From: Eledone cirrhosa
Lineage: Eukaryota
Direction of reading: 5' to 3'
NCBI GenBank assembly: GCA_964016885.1
Contig: OZ024743.1
Coordinates: 349,308,001 to 349,372,000 of the forward strand
Length of the DNA stretch: 64,000 bases
Part shown: positions 27,143 to 42,281 of the stretch, one piece after another
How positions within the stretch are numbered: the stretch's first letter is position 1
How the letters are laid out: each line of letters begins with the position of its first letter
The notes under the pieces: generated by a model
The model's input: only the letters and a program-made list of their open reading frames with translations
What the model was told of the DNA's origin: nothing
Database searches by the model: none
Position numbers and translations under genes: made by a program

Positions 27143-27720
27143 CAATACCAAAGTAGAGTTTTAATATTCATATTTATCAAGACTATATATCAACACACAC
27201 ACATACACACAAACCCACATACACACACAGACACACACACACATACACACACACACATATATATATATATAAACTATAATAAGTAAGGAATACGGGACTG
27301 CGTACGGTTTATAATTTGTTATGCTGTTTGTAAAATAAGTTGGATTACTTTGAATAAATAATTAATGAATATTACATAATTTATCTACTAAATTTCGTTA
27401 TTCTTGATTAAATATAAATTATTTTGTTGTTTATTTTAAGTTTCACTTCTTTAAAATGTTCAAATGTCAATACTTCCGGTTAGCGATCGCTTAAATAAAC
27501 ATTCATATATTCCCGTCACTAATTTTCTCCTAATGCAGTTTATATACAATATCGTCTTTTTTTTATGTACCATGCATTATGTTACTGATTACATAAGACA
27601 GTGTAACGCAGTCTTCGTTCAATTTCTGTTTATATTGTCAATTACGATTTTATTTGATGTATCATATCAACATGCATATATATTTACGTGTAATATCAAT
27701 TTTCACACTACACATGATAA

Positions 27721-27755
27721 CAGAAAACCACCTGAGGGGTGGCTTTTCTGCTAGT
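27721..27755 (+). mobile_element. Possible Helitron 3' terminus
   Basis: Hairpin CCACC-tgagg-GGTGG followed by ...CTGCTAG|T. Confidence 0.4.
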
Positions 27756-28821
27756 ATACATAATAAAACGAAGCTATCGAATAGGACCAACATAGCTTCG
27801 GTCATTTTCCCACTCAGACAATAATTTAATTAAATCAGTATCATTAACGCACCACCCCCAAGTAAATTAGATTGCACACTTACATGTTGATTAGTGAGAA
27901 AAATGATTTCATGTGGGCAGAAAATTTGATTTTTCGGCCCCAGACAAATGCATTATTTTCGGCGACTCAATCTACTAGCCATAGTCGAAATGGAACTACC
28001 GTGCACAGAAATCAGGTAATATCAGTAAACATTTTTAAATGGCTAAGTGTCGAGGATTCAACGTGGGATTATCCCTCCTGGAAAGGATAGTTCAGACCAT
28101 CTATCCACACACTACTCCGATGGACATCATCCAGTGGCGCGTGACTTAGCACCAAATATACATATATATACAGTCTGAGTGTTTTATCGATAAATAGACT
28201 ATAGGTTATAAAGATAATATAATAGAGAGAAAATTTGAAAGAAACTCAGATGACGAATGAAATGTTCAGAGGAAGAGAAAGAGAATGATAGATAGAGTAA
28301 GAATGCTAAAATAAGAACGAAAGAGAGAACTATGACTAAAGAGTATAGCTGTGCGCGAACACGCACACACACACACGCACACAGGCACACACACACATAT
28401 ACAGTCACATACACATATATATATTTACATATACATATATATATATGTGTGAGATTGTGTGTGTATGTGTGAGTGTGTGTGTAGGAGCGCAAAGGAGGAA
28501 TATATGGACATGTCTGTCCATTTATTAAAGTCAATACTGGTTTTGGAAAGCTTTTGCAAGTAGTCAGCTGACCATTAGATATGGTCTGGCGTTAATAGGG
28601 ATATAATGGCTGAACATTTTCACCAAAGAATTGTCAGATTTAGTCTTTCCTCTTGTCTCTCATTTTCTATATTGAATTTCCTCCTTTTACAATTTCTCCC
28701 TCTCTTTCACTCTCTTTGGCCAAATTTTATATACTTTTATTTACCTTCACCACTGCATTGCTTCTCTGTCAATAATTATGTCTATATCATTTTATTTCCA
28801 TCTTTCTCTTACTCTCACCTT

Positions 28822-28868
<47 letters not shown>

Positions 28869-29043
28869 ACGCATGCCTCTCATTTTTTCTCTCAAAGTCT
28901 ATTATCTGATTCCTCCATTTCATTGCAATTCTCTCCTTATATACTTCTGTCATTTTATGTCCCTTCTTCATCATTTACCTCAATACACACTCAAACACAC
29001 ATATACACACACACATACGCACACACATGCATATATACGTGTG

Positions 29044-29099
<56 letters not shown>

Positions 29100-29140
29100 G
29101 ATGTATATATATTAATATATTTTTTATATACATATATACT

Positions 29141-29226
<86 letters not shown>

Positions 29227-29550
29227 CATACATATATTTATATATATATATATATATATATATACAAATAGTGGATTTATCTGTATCTATATGTATATAT
29301 ATAAATTTATATGGCATTCGTATTGGACAAGACTCTTGTAGTTCAACGTATCTCCGCCTCTTTGACTTTCTTAATTTCCATCCCTCAGCATCCAACCTCT
29401 CCTCCTCCTGCTCCTGACCAACCGTCTCCTCTCTTTCTCTCTCTATCAATATTTCCCTTGCACACACATAAGCACACAAAACCACACACATTTTCGTTAT
29501 TTTCTCCCTCTCTCTCGCCCCCGCTCTCTTTCTATCTCTCTCCCTCTCTG

Positions 29551-29582
<32 letters not shown>

Positions 29583-29640
29583 AATATATTTATTTATATA
29601 TATCTACCTATCTCTATTTGTCTCTGTTTCTCTCTCTCTC

Positions 29641-29688
<48 letters not shown>

Positions 29689-29723
29689 GCTCTCTTACAT
29701 TCTCTTGCTCTCTTTCTCCCCCC

Positions 29724-29755
<32 letters not shown>

Positions 29756-29829
29756 CTATCTCACTCAACTAAACAGCATTATCTTCTACTCTAGGAAAAT
29801 CTTTCCCCACCTTCTAAAGACAAATATTC

Positions 29830-31700
29830 GGCACCAACACCTCAATACACATCACTGCCGACAGCAAAAAATCATAAGGATGAATAACAACAATATCAAC
29901 AACATGAAAAACTGTATAAATAAACACTTCTCACCAACACAACCACACACCACCATAGACCATCATACGCCTCAACCCTCAACAATACAACTAACAAAAC
30001 CTCATGCCGTTCCCACCATCACTATCCAAACCAGCAACACCACTACCACAACAACAACCATCAATATTACTACCAGCTCTCAAACAACAATAACAACACT
30101 ATTAATAGACAAAATGCTGCCTCTCCACCTCACACGCCCATACCCCATTCCACATGACCACCTCCAACAACAACAATGACGAAAACCAGCTCGACCACCA
30201 CACACCACCAATCAGCACAAACCTTTACACCTCACCACCTCCAACAACGACAATGAAATTATCAACCTCCACCATCACATATCATCACACAGCACTAACA
30301 TCAATACCCACGAGCCCCCCTCCAGGATAGCATAATACACTGTATCCCCACATACCACCACACAATGTAACACAGCACCAACACACCAACAGCACCAACA
30401 CCAACTACAAAGAATCTACCAATATTTACTAACATTTCTCACTCCTATAATTTGCGCCCCTGCCTCCACCATCACCATCACACGTCTTCACATGCCACCA
30501 CATATCACCATACACCGCCACACATCTCTACACACCACCACACATAACTATGCCCCCACAGCCATCATTACCTTCACCAAAACCACCTATAACAACAAGA
30601 ACAACAACAACAACAACAACAACAACCATAGCACAAATAACATCTAACACTGCCGATTCCCCTAGACAGTGGTTCCAACACTAACACTACTATCATCACC
30701 ATCACCATCATCAACAACCATAATACTAATATCTACTAATACACTGGTGACTCCTCTAAACAGTGGTACCAACACTAACACTATCATCATCACCATCACC
30801 ATCATCAACAACCATAATACTAATATCTACTAATACACTGGTGACTCCTCTAAACAGTGGTACCAACACTAACACTATCATCATCACCATCACCATCATC
30901 AACAACCATAATACTAATATCTACTAATACACTGGTGACTCCTCTAAACAGTGGTACCAACACTACCACTACCATCATCACCATCACCATCATCAATAAC
31001 GATAATAGTAATATATACTAACACACTGGTGATTCCTCTAGAAACCCCTATCCACCAGTACCACCAGTATCACCATCACCACTACTACTCTTAACAACAT
31101 CAGTACCAATATCCTCTAGCACTGCCTGCTCACCTACAGAACGTCACCACCTTCTACATCTGTCGCCATCTCCACCACCAACAACAACACCAACAGCAGT
31201 GGCACCACCACCACCACCACCACCACTACCGCCACTAACCACTAACACCACCACCAACACTACCACCACCACCGCCACCGCCACCACCACCACCACTACC
31301 ACCACCGCTACCACCCCCACCACTACCACCCCCGCCACTACCCCCCCACCCCCAACAACAACAATAACAACAACACCACCACCACCACCAATACCATCAC
31401 CACCACCAACAACAACAACAACACCATAACAACAACAACAGATATAATTGCAATATCTACTAACGCTATCGACTTTCCTACGCCGTGCCACCAACGCCTC
31501 CACCACCACCACCACCACCACCACCACCAGCACCATCACCATCTATAATACCAATATCCCCTATCACTACTAACTCCCCTTATAAAGCAGCTCCACCGTC
31601 TAACAATACCACCACCACCACCACCACCACCACCATCATCTCCACTATTAACAACAACAACAACAAAAACAGCAATAACCACAAATACCAATATCCACTA
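29830..31700. repeat. CA/CAC/CAA-rich low-complexity tract
   Basis: Strongly C/A-skewed degenerate trinucleotide repeats. Confidence 0.85.
30662..31042. repeat. Minisatellite, 4 x 94 bp
   Basis: CAGTGGT(A/T)CCAACACTA recurs at 30667, 30761, 30855 and 30949. Confidence 0.92.
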
Positions 31701-32120
31701 ACACAACCGACTTCTTTGCACACGTCGACGGCAACCTTCCCCATCGCAGCCTACACAACCCCATGGATAATAAACGTCACCTATAATAAACGATTCGTAA
31801 ACAGTGATTTTCATAAAATGACCCTAAGTCAACATGGCAAATGCTATTTTGTCATGCCCAGTCCAATTAGTTGAAATTGAACGAAAGAGCGACTCTGCCT
31901 GATGTCCAGTTACGTGAGAATTCCACACCGAAATCATAATTCCGGACAGCCACGCTAAACAAAGTCCGACACCATTGGATTAGAGTGCCTCTCTGGAATT
32001 GGCTATGATTTATGATTGAATAGACTATATTCACCACGGCTTCAGTTATTCGTCATCCATTTTAGCGGAGGTGGTGAACAATATGTCTACTTAAACTCTC
32101 TCTCTCTGTCTCTCTCTCTC

Positions 32121-32178
<58 letters not shown>

Positions 32179-32727
32179 TCTCTCTCTATCGTTCTCTCTC
32201 TCTCCCTATCTCTCTTTCTCTTTCTCTCACTCTCTATCGTTCTCTTTATCTTTCTCTCTATATCTTTCTCTCTTTCTCTCTCCCCATGTCGTTTTAATTC
32301 TATTCCTCGACCTTCCCTCTCTTTGTCTCTGTGTATCTCATCTCCCTGCTCTTTCTCCCTCTGTCTCTGTCTCAATCTGCAGTTGTAACTTTCCTTACTT
32401 GACGGAAACAGAGGGAGTACTTGCATTGTGTTTATGTATATCATTTATATAGCTATATATTTTCTCTGTATTTTTGTATGTATACACCGCTCTTTCTAAC
32501 TATATTCTAATACATGCATACATACATACATACATACATACATACATGCATACATACATACATACATACAAAAATACATGCATACCCACACATACACACA
32601 CACACACACATATTTATATATATATATATATATATATATAAAAGGTAAACAGAAGAAATAACAACACAATCGGTACAGTATATGGAGGGGATATATTAGG
32701 TTAACGCTTGATATAGCAGGAAGAGAG

Positions 32728-32763
32728 TCTTAACGTTTCGGACGCTAGTCCTTCATCAGAAGA
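32728..32763 (-). ncRNA. Minimal hammerhead (family of 9368-9403)
   Basis: Reverse complement reads UCUU-CUGAUGA-A-GGAC(uagc)GUCC-GAA-ACGU-U-AAGA, with a perfect 4-bp stem I. Confidence 0.78.
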
Positions 32764-32903
32764 AAGAATGAGAAATAAGATAGATTGAGGGGGCGGGTGG
32801 GATGGAATTAGAAAAAATGTCTTTAGATAAAGATAAGAGGTACATTCATGTTGTGTTCTTTTGCAACACGTGCGTGTATATTTTGATACGCACAATCACA
32901 CAT

Positions 32904-32977
<74 letters not shown>

Positions 32978-33029
32978 ACACATACACACACACACACACA
33001 CCCACACACACACATATATATAAATATAT

Positions 33030-33100
<71 letters not shown>

Positions 33101-35248
33101 TATACACATATATATATATATATAAAGTAGTATAACTGACATGAAGTATTGTGAGATATGAAATATTTTATGAAAACTTAAGTAAGCCTACTCAATGGGG
33201 AAAGAATTGTATAAAGAGCGAAGGGTGACAAATAAACTAAACAGAACCTGATTGATTTATCCCCTTCCCATTCGAAGGACGAATATTCCTCATCTGGGAC
33301 GCCATATGTTGTCACACGTTCTCCGTTCCAGCTTTGCCGATTTGGCCACAAACACAGTTACTGCGGCCCGCAATGTAGGGGAAAAACCTCAGGCCTACTC
33401 GGACTCCGTACTCCTGCATTCCTCCACAAAATCGGAACGTCAGCAGCTCGTCTGAAGAAGAAGGTGCGTGAGGTGGGGTGGCTGCTGCAGCGGATATCCG
33501 TCCAGAGCCCAACACCCCCCTACCTCCTCTTATCCGTCTGGGGCCCTAGAACCCTTGATTTTGCCTCCTTTTTCTTTTTTTAAATGTTTGACTATTTGTT
33601 ATAATTATTTTATAATCATTCATTCTTATAAACAATGGTAAATATATTTAAGTAAAATCAATGTAGAAAGAGAGTGCAAAGAGTAAGTTGAAAAAAAAAA
33701 TATTGTTTGGTACCGAAAGTACACATGAAGGCTTCTGCACGGGTTACTCAGAAAATAAAAACATTATTAAACAAATTATTGTTTATACAGCATATTTCAT
33801 CATGATATTCCAAAGTTAGTACACTTTTTTCAAATGCAAAACAAAAACAATGGGTTCTTCTTCAACTAGTCCCAGTGTAATGAGCACGCATGCGTGAAAC
33901 CATCGTAGAAACAACTCTGCTTCATCTGGTTCTGTTCTATTGTCTATTTGTTGCTAGGGAACAGCAGCGATTGTCATGTAGTCAACCACCCATCATGTGT
34001 GCAATATGAACAGTCAAGTATGATTTGTGGGTCTCGTATTGAATCTATGCTTATGTACTTGCCAATAGCCAGCTGTCCTGAACACAATCGTCATTGTCGT
34101 ATTCAACTAGGTATAAAGAATAATAGTTCGCTGATGTACAACGGTAAAGCATGTAAACAACGACGAGAAAAATATTAACGAACATTTCCCTGTGATATTT
34201 CCTCGGCCTCAAACCCCGCACACTCTCGTGTCACATTCGGGTAGAATATAAAATGAGTTGATTGACTCATTAGAAACATCAAAATAAGTATACTATCATT
34301 CACTAATTCTACCATCTCGAAAACGAAATGACATATAAGGCAAAATAGATAGATCTTGAAAAACAAAATTACGATTGCCCGGCTTACAACGAATGTGATC
34401 CCAAATCTGATGACTAACGTTGATCGGGAAGCTACCTCACCTGAAAAGGGTTTAAATAAATTGATTAATAAAAGGGTCTCTTTTCACTATGTGGTGATAA
34501 ATCTTTCGGATTTGGGAAGAAGAATAATATATAATATAGTAACAAAAAGCTACATCTTTTACTAGCCAAATTCTTCACATAACTACAGGGGAGGGGTGGT
34601 TGGGTGTTTATGCAGGGATGGTGGTATATATATATATATATGCGTGTGTGTGTGTCTTTCTGTGCGTGTGTCAGATAGTCATTGAAGGAGTAACATCAAA
34701 AGCCGACCGGGTCATATTATTCGTTGAACAAATAACTATACAATAGCTGTCTGTTGAGGTTTTATCTATTACATATTAGGTACCACTGAAGCAGTAATAA
34801 AGTAATTAATACAATAATGTAATGTTCATAGACACTGGTTCATTCATATTATATATATATATATATAAGGATATCGTCTAGTTCTACATCATAACCACTC
34901 GTACGTAGCGGTTGAATAACATTGTAATTGTTTATTTAATGTTTCGTCAAAGCCAGCCTAAAATTCGCTAGGTATGCAAATGAGGCTAATCAGCCGATTT
35001 ATACTTTAGAAAATAGTATATATTTTCAACAGTCCAAACGAGTAGAGGAGATATACACAGTCTTAACAAAGGGAAATAACACAGAAACCAGTTGCGTGTT
35101 GACTTTTTCTGCGAAACCTCTGCTTGATCGAACGGATGACGATGGTCATCAAAACCATATTATAATTAGGCTGTTTGATTGAAAACAAATCGTATATTAT
35201 CATTATTTTTCGATATAAAACTCATATATGCATATATATATATATATA

Positions 35249-35450
35249 AAACAAAGAGGATGCAGTAAGATACCAGGTGGACCATAACGCACCAGAGTAC
35301 TTGATACTTCGGGTAGTAGGGTGGGTAATAAGAAAAGAGTCACGACCTGGACGGCTGAGCTCCGGCCGTTTTGACAGCTTGATCAGACAGTTTGGATATA
35401 GCTGTCGAAACGGCCAGAGATCAGCCGTCGGGGTCCTGACTCTTTTTCTC
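35249..35450. repeat. Diverged copy of the 19791-20240 family, fold-back around a decayed hammerhead
   Basis: ttGATcA-GACAG(tttggatatag)CTGTC-GAAACGGC...GCCGTC-GGGG, with the stem III segment inverted upstream at 35336-35378. Confidence 0.65.
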
Positions 35451-35455
35451 ATATG

Positions 35456-35489
<34 letters not shown>

Positions 35490-35498
35490 CATACACAC

Positions 35499-35552
<54 letters not shown>

Positions 35553-37847
35553 AGAATCAAAGCTGTTTTCAAAGCCTCTATTCACTTACAATTGTTTTAT
35601 CCAAAGCTAGGCTTGGATTCTTCGGAGCATTTTTCAATGTTTGTACACATGATTGACCTCCTTTCCAACGCAAGAGACATACAGATACATATGTATATAT
35701 TGATGTACAGTGGAGTGACATATATTATATTATATTTCTGTATAGCAATTCAAATTCAAAATCAAAATCACATTAAAACAAAATCAAAGCAAAATTAAAA
35801 TACAATCGGCAGTTAACTAAGATAATGCAAGAGGATAGTTTGTTAGTCAGATGTAGTAGTTATTTTAGTTATTTTAGTTATTTTATGCGTTAGTTACACC
35901 TGGGGCATGCACGTGTGTCTCATTTATATATGATTATTGTGCGGCAGAGTGTTACATGTAATAGAAGCACTTAAAGCGGGTAATTAAGAGTATTATGGAG
36001 GTTGTAGTGGTAAGGTATTTTTTGTATATGATACAGAAGAATGCGTGCAGAAAAACAGTATAAAGGAGAAGCAAAAGAAAGTTATGGTTTTTGTATCCAC
36101 AACCATTTTCCCATTCAAGAAACGTAATATATAGTTTATACATCCTTCACATAATTAACGATGATTTCGCATTTGATGTTTGATGCATTAAATTAAATTA
36201 TTTTAGCTTGCTGCGACTCAGTGTTCTTTAATCCAATTTTATAGAGCAGGTTGCTACTGTTGCGAGAATTTACATCGGTTTATTATCCGGAAGTATGTGT
36301 GTGATTAAGGGGAGTTAATGCGTAAGGGGGGGTAACTAGCTGATTTCTATAACTAAAGTTATTATTCCAACATACAATATAAGGTGTCTCAATTGAGTCC
36401 CTTATATAGACGGTTATATATTCAGTTTCCAATTTTAGGTATCCTATTTTTAATTACAGTCTACTCTATCATGAAGTACTAAAGGTATCTATATTAGGAT
36501 GATTACTCCCTATCATAGAGTGCTACAACTGAATATTCCATACAAAGAGCCACATCTTTATATCGAAGATCTATGCAAATGTAGTCTACTCACAGTACCT
36601 GTCAGGGGACCTATTAGAACTACGTCTATATAACCCCTGGTAAGCTCTGGGGCAGCGTATGGCTGACTGCATGGCAAAGCTAAATACATCTCTAGGGCAG
36701 ACCAAAAAACATCTCTCACTTACAATGTCATAAATTACATAATAATCAAAACTATGTTCAAAACATATTATTGCTGACAATGTTTACTTCCAAACTTTCG
36801 TTTGGAATCATCGGAGCACCAGCAAAGTTTGGAGATATAATTAACTTCCTATTCAACTGAACAATCATATAGATACATGAATATTAATGTTGTCATCAAC
36901 AGTTTCATATTTACAGAGTGGAATGGATTTGACAGAGATTACAAGACAATTGTATAATAATTAAAGAGGCACACAGTGGAATGCATGTGACAGAGATTAC
37001 AAGAGAATAGTATAATAATTAAAGAGGCATTAAGGCAGAAAGTTACTCGTAAAACGAGGACATTAGCAGTACATATGCAAGCGTATAGAGAGTGCAAATG
37101 CGTTAGGCATATCCAGGACAGCTAGGTATGAAACAAGCAATGGTACTAGGCATACATAATTACTGTATGGCAAAGGTATCACATAAAATAACACAGGTTT
37201 ACAAGCATATCAAGCACAAAGATGTTTGTGTATTCAAATTATCAGTTTATGGTGGATGTAGTGTGATAATTGTTTCTGTAATGTTCAAATGTGCATGTGT
37301 TGAGAGTATTAATACTATTGTTTTCTTTTCCATTACATTGGTTATATTTTATTTAAGTGAATGTTTATAATTAGTTACAGCTATGGATTGTATATTGGTC
37401 CTATTATAATGTTATCCAGGGTTCGAGTTGTTCTGGAGTGATTCTTCTAACGGTTTAATTTCCGGAAGTGAGTTTGAGATTTATATTAATGAGAGCTAAT
37501 GTGAAAGAGGGGGTAATTAGCGATTAATTTGTATATGATAGAAAAAATAGAAAAAATGTATAGTTGTTTACAGCTCCAATTGGTTAAATTCCCTGTGTTA
37601 ATATACATTATATTGTTACAAGTGAATCCTTTTTATATAATGCTATTTATTTATATACAACTTTAAATACAATCTATTTTTCTATAATACATTAAAGGTC
37701 TCATTATATTGTTATCTATCCATTACTGAATAAAATATAAATAACCTATAGAAAAAAATGTATAGTTGTTTACAGTTCCAATTATTTAAATCTCTTGTTT
37801 TATTAATATACATTATATTATTTTATAAGTGAATCCCTTATATATAA

Positions 37848-38033
37848 TTGTTTCTAATTTTGGCACGAGGCCACCAATTAACCAGTGCATTACTGGTACT
37901 TTATTTTATCGACCCCGTAAGGATGAAAGGCAAAGTTAATCTCGGCGGGATTTAAACTCAGAATGGCAAGAGCCGTAACACTATGCGTCAAAGCATGGCG
38001 TCCGACCCTCTACCGATACTGCCAATTCACCGC
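37848..38033 (-). mobile_element. tRNA-derived SINE with 19-bp TSD, inside a ~200-bp tandem duplication of the PLE 3' region
   Basis: Family consensus on minus. TSD TGAATCC(C/T)TTATATATAAT at 37829-37847 and 38034-38052. Confidence 0.9.
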
Positions 38034-38404
38034 TGAATCCTTTATATATAATGCTATTAATTTATACATTTAATTATAAATACAATATATTTTCCTATAA
38101 TACATTAAAGGTCTTATTATATGATTACCTATCCATTACTGAATAAAATATAAGTAAGCTATAGTAGTTATATTAAATGGTGGTATTTTTATGTTCATTC
38201 CTAATAGTTATTGTAGAGTGTAAGGTTTGAGATAAATAGGAGTTAAGTAGAGGAATGAGCTGATCATAGAGTGTGATGCTGTGGGGGTAATTATATGCTG
38301 ATAAGACCTAGAGCTGAAGTGTTATTGGTGGTAAGGAATCCAGATCTGACATTGCTATATACTAGCAGCTAGGTTTAAAGTTATAGAAAGAGTGTCAATA
38401 GTAG

Positions 38405-38797
38405 TATTGGCACATGGAAAACATTTCAGATTTTCTATTTAAGAGGTTTTAGTTTAGAATAGATTATAGTGCGGGTCTCTAGAAGACAGAGGTTACATAA
38501 TTTATTCTGTGGTTTATATGATGCGGCCCTATATATTACTTCCCATTGAAGTGTTTATGGTCTATTCCTAGTTTTCAGAGAGTGTATGTAGTTAGATAAA
38601 GAAGTGGAGTTGGCTAGATTGCGATTTTTGAAAGTGTGGAGATGCGAGTTATATCTTGTCTTGAAGCAGTTCGAAGTAGAAGCGATATATGTTTTTGAAG
38701 AGTTGTTTGTATTGACCGTGCATGAGTAAATGATGTCTTTGATTAAGCAATTTGTAGCTAAGGGGCAAGTTCTATTTGTTCTACAGTTACAGTTATT
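38405..38797 (-). pseudogene. PLE GIY-YIG endonuclease remnant (Cys-rich, Neptune-like)
   Basis: NNCNCRTNRTCPLATNCLIKDIIYSCTVNTNNSSKTYIASTSNCFKTRYNSHLHTFKNRNLANSTSLSNYIHSLK...W...CNLCLLE...LNRKSEMFSMC. Manual translation; absent from the ORF track. Confidence 0.85.
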
Positions 38798-39535
38798 CTG
38801 GTTGTTTGATTGTCGGTTACTATGTTGTGTAGATGCATGGTTGTTAGGGATATCATTAGGCTAATGATAGTTATCATTCTCTTTGTTATTAATTTCATTA
38901 GTGCTATTACTGTTATTATTATTGCTACTAGAATTCCCTGCACTATGTTGCTATGTAAGTTTACTCCCTGTTGTGATTTAATTAGTTGGAAATAATTATT
39001 AATCTTCCTTTTATTACTACTAGCAATATGGTATGAGATGTTAGGTGTGGTAAAGTAAGAGATTTTAATGGTATTTTTATTGATAAGATTATGGTATTTG
39101 TGGCCTACTGGGAAGGTTTTTCTAGGATTGAGAAGAAAGCCTTAGGTAAGTTGGTAGAGTGGTTTAGATTGAAAGTGTCTCTTGTAATCTCTGTCACATC
39201 CCTTCCACTCTGTAAATATGAAACTGTTGATGACAACATTAATATCCATGTATCTAAATGTTTGTTCAGTTGACTAGGAAGTTAATTATATGTCCAAACT
39301 TTGCTAGTGCTCCGATGATTCCAAACGAAAATTTGGAAGAACCGATTGTCAGCAATAAAATGTTTTTAACATAATAGTTTTGATTATTGTGTAATTCATA
39401 TACCTGGTCTGTAAAACATCTCATGTATTTACATTGAGCTATTTTTCTTACTGGTAATAAGGTAGTAATGAATTACTGACATTTCCTGTTTATAGTTGTA
39501 TATAGTGTATATATATAACTATACATAATAATATT

Positions 39536-39622
<87 letters not shown>

Positions 39623-40226
39623 GTTTATTCTCATATTTACACATATTTTCCCCCGCTGTGACTCGTCTATTTCGTTCTTACTGCTTCCTCTTTCTCTGTA
39701 TATTTACCCTCTCTAACAGTCACTCTCTCTGTTAGCCTCTCCCTCACCCTTCACTCACTCACTCTCTGTTACTACCTCTCCTCCTCCTCCTTCTTCCCGT
39801 TTGACCTGTGCGTAATTCTTTTCTTTCGCACGCTTGGTCAGGCTGGTTCGCCTTTTTTATCTCTCTCTCGTCTACGATTTCACAGAACTTATGTTCACCG
39901 AATTCACAGACTAGATTCCTTCTTCCTCCCGTTAGACCTGTACGGTATTCCTTCCTTGCTCACATTCCAACCAGGTATGATTGTCTTTATTCTCTCTCGT
40001 TCACGATTTCACCGAACTTATATTCATGGAAATTTGGGACTTCACTCGTTCTTCCTCACTTTTCGTTGCTTCACCATCTTTGTTTGTTTACACTCTCGTG
40101 TCCCCTTTATTTACGTGTCCCAACGACTTTTTTTAGCCGTTGCTCGCACCAACCGGAGGTATATGGTCTTTAAAGCGATGAAATACCAATGATGGTTGGA
40201 AGATCACTGATGAAGGACTAACTTTA

Positions 40227-40334
<108 letters not shown>

Positions 40335-41017
40335 CCGATAGATGGATTATTTTATACAATCTAGGTACAGACCACATTTAATACTATATTTATACATGTT
40401 TCTGTATGTTAGAGAGTGAGAGACGGAGAGAGAGAGAGAGACAGAGAGATAGAGAGAGAGAGAAAAAGAGGGATAATGAGAGAGAGAGAGGGGGAGGAGA
40501 GAGAGAGAGTGAGAGAGAGAGCGAGAGATAGAGAGAGAGTAAACATGTATATATAGGCATAATGAATTTATATGCGGTGTAATGTTAATGGAAGCAATGA
40601 AAGAAGGAAAAGTTCGCGTCAAAATAAATGTATTAGTAAAGAAAAAAGAGGACAGATGATATTGTGGAAGCTGGTGTTGATAACTTTACCCACCGGAAAA
40701 TCTTAAGTAAGATAAGTAAATATATACATTCGTGAAACATACCCATCACTATTTATCTATAGTTATGTTTGGGATATATCACTATTTTATATCTTTAGAT
40801 AATATCAGGTTCTTTGTAATTGTGCCTGATCTCGTTGTCAGATAATTTAGCGTAAGCTGCTAATTGATAAGAGAGGCAAAAACGAAAAATATATTTAAAA
40901 TAAAAAATATATTTAAAGTAGAATAAATATATTAATAGGAAATATCTTATATATGGAGCAGCGTTAGGTCGTTGTGTTATATACTTAGTAGAATGACAAC
41001 GAAAACATTGATTGGCC

Positions 41018-41080
<63 letters not shown>

Positions 41081-41172
41081 ATACTTTGGGAGGGTCATAT
41101 ATATATATATATATACACAGACACAGGCACACAGACACACACACACACATATATATATACATATATATATAC

Positions 41173-41254
<82 letters not shown>

Positions 41255-41255
41255 A

Positions 41256-41397
41256 AAAGGTAAACAGAAATAACAACACAATCGGTACAGTATAAGGAGG
41301 GATATATTGTGTTAACACTTGATATAGCTGGATGAGAGTCTAACTTTTTGGACGCTAGTCCTTCATCAGAAGAAAGAATGAGAAATAAGATAGATTA
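41256..41397 (-). repeat. Third copy of the 9368-family hammerhead repeat; GAAAC mutated
   Basis: Matches 32640-32790; reverse complement reads CUGAUGAAGGACUAGCGUCCaAAAaGUU. Confidence 0.75.
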
Positions 41398-42281
41398 TAT
41401 ATATATATAAAGACCGAGTTAAAAACTCACGTTAATCCCTTATAATTTAGAGAACTCATGGGATATATATTCCGGGCTTTTTATCATTCAATATATAGAG
41501 AGAAGTACACATAGAGATATGTGTTCAATCATAGGGAATCAAAAACTACCAGAGTGACGAACATATTACCTACGGAAGGAAAGGTGAATATAAATCAATA
41601 AAAAGAATATATTAAAATATATTAACCATTCGATTATAACAGTAACACCCAGACATGCTCAACTAAGAGTATGTTTCGCTATAATAAGTGAGAAATCCAT
41701 ATTGTAGATGTAGCTCATAAAATGTAAGTGTACAATCCAACCAGGAGGGCGAGATCAGAGATTAGTTGTTAGAATTATAAGTCAGTAGCGAAGACGACAG
41801 TGTGCTCAATACTTATAATATGCAAGACTAGCGTGCAGTAAAAGCAAGTATAAGCCATTGAAGTATATAGGCAAACTGTAAAAAAAAATATTCAAAATAA
41901 TTTTTTTTTTACAATTGTTTCAAAGGACAAATCACAATTCGATCCATAAGATCGAGACATATCAATATTTGAATCAATAGTCCTATGTGATATTAGAATC
42001 GAACTATGCTTCTGAACGTAAAAAGATAAATTTCGGAAATATATGTCACTGATGAAACACGTACCATGCCATTTAGCAAAAGAAGAATCAAGTTGGAAGG
42101 TTCACACATTGATCTGTAAAGAAGTGAGCTAGGTGCCATAATTTCGGTGGACTGACATAACCGGAAGTAAGTAAGTAAATAAATAAATAAATAAATAAGG
42201 AACATGAATATGAAGAAAGGCAGACTATTCCTTCCTACACATCGATTAAAATGAAAAAAGAGTACTTAGAATTGGAAATTA

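Larger units (their letters stand above)
36733..39396 (-). mobile_element. 5'-truncated Penelope-like element with inverted pseudo-LTRs
   Basis: Inverted repeats 36733-36946/39180-39396, each with a decayed HHR (36772-36818 minus; 39308-39354 plus: UGCU-CcGAUGA-UUCCAAA/UUUGGAA-GAA..GUC-AGCA). GIY-YIG remnant inside. Confidence 0.8.

Noticed and set aside
33250-33560. GC-richer island
   Set aside because: No assignable motif, frame or structure; left uncalled.
33700-34160. Possible decayed mariner 5' end (YEQSSMI resembling YEQRSVI)
   Set aside because: Similarity too short and TIR not recoverable.
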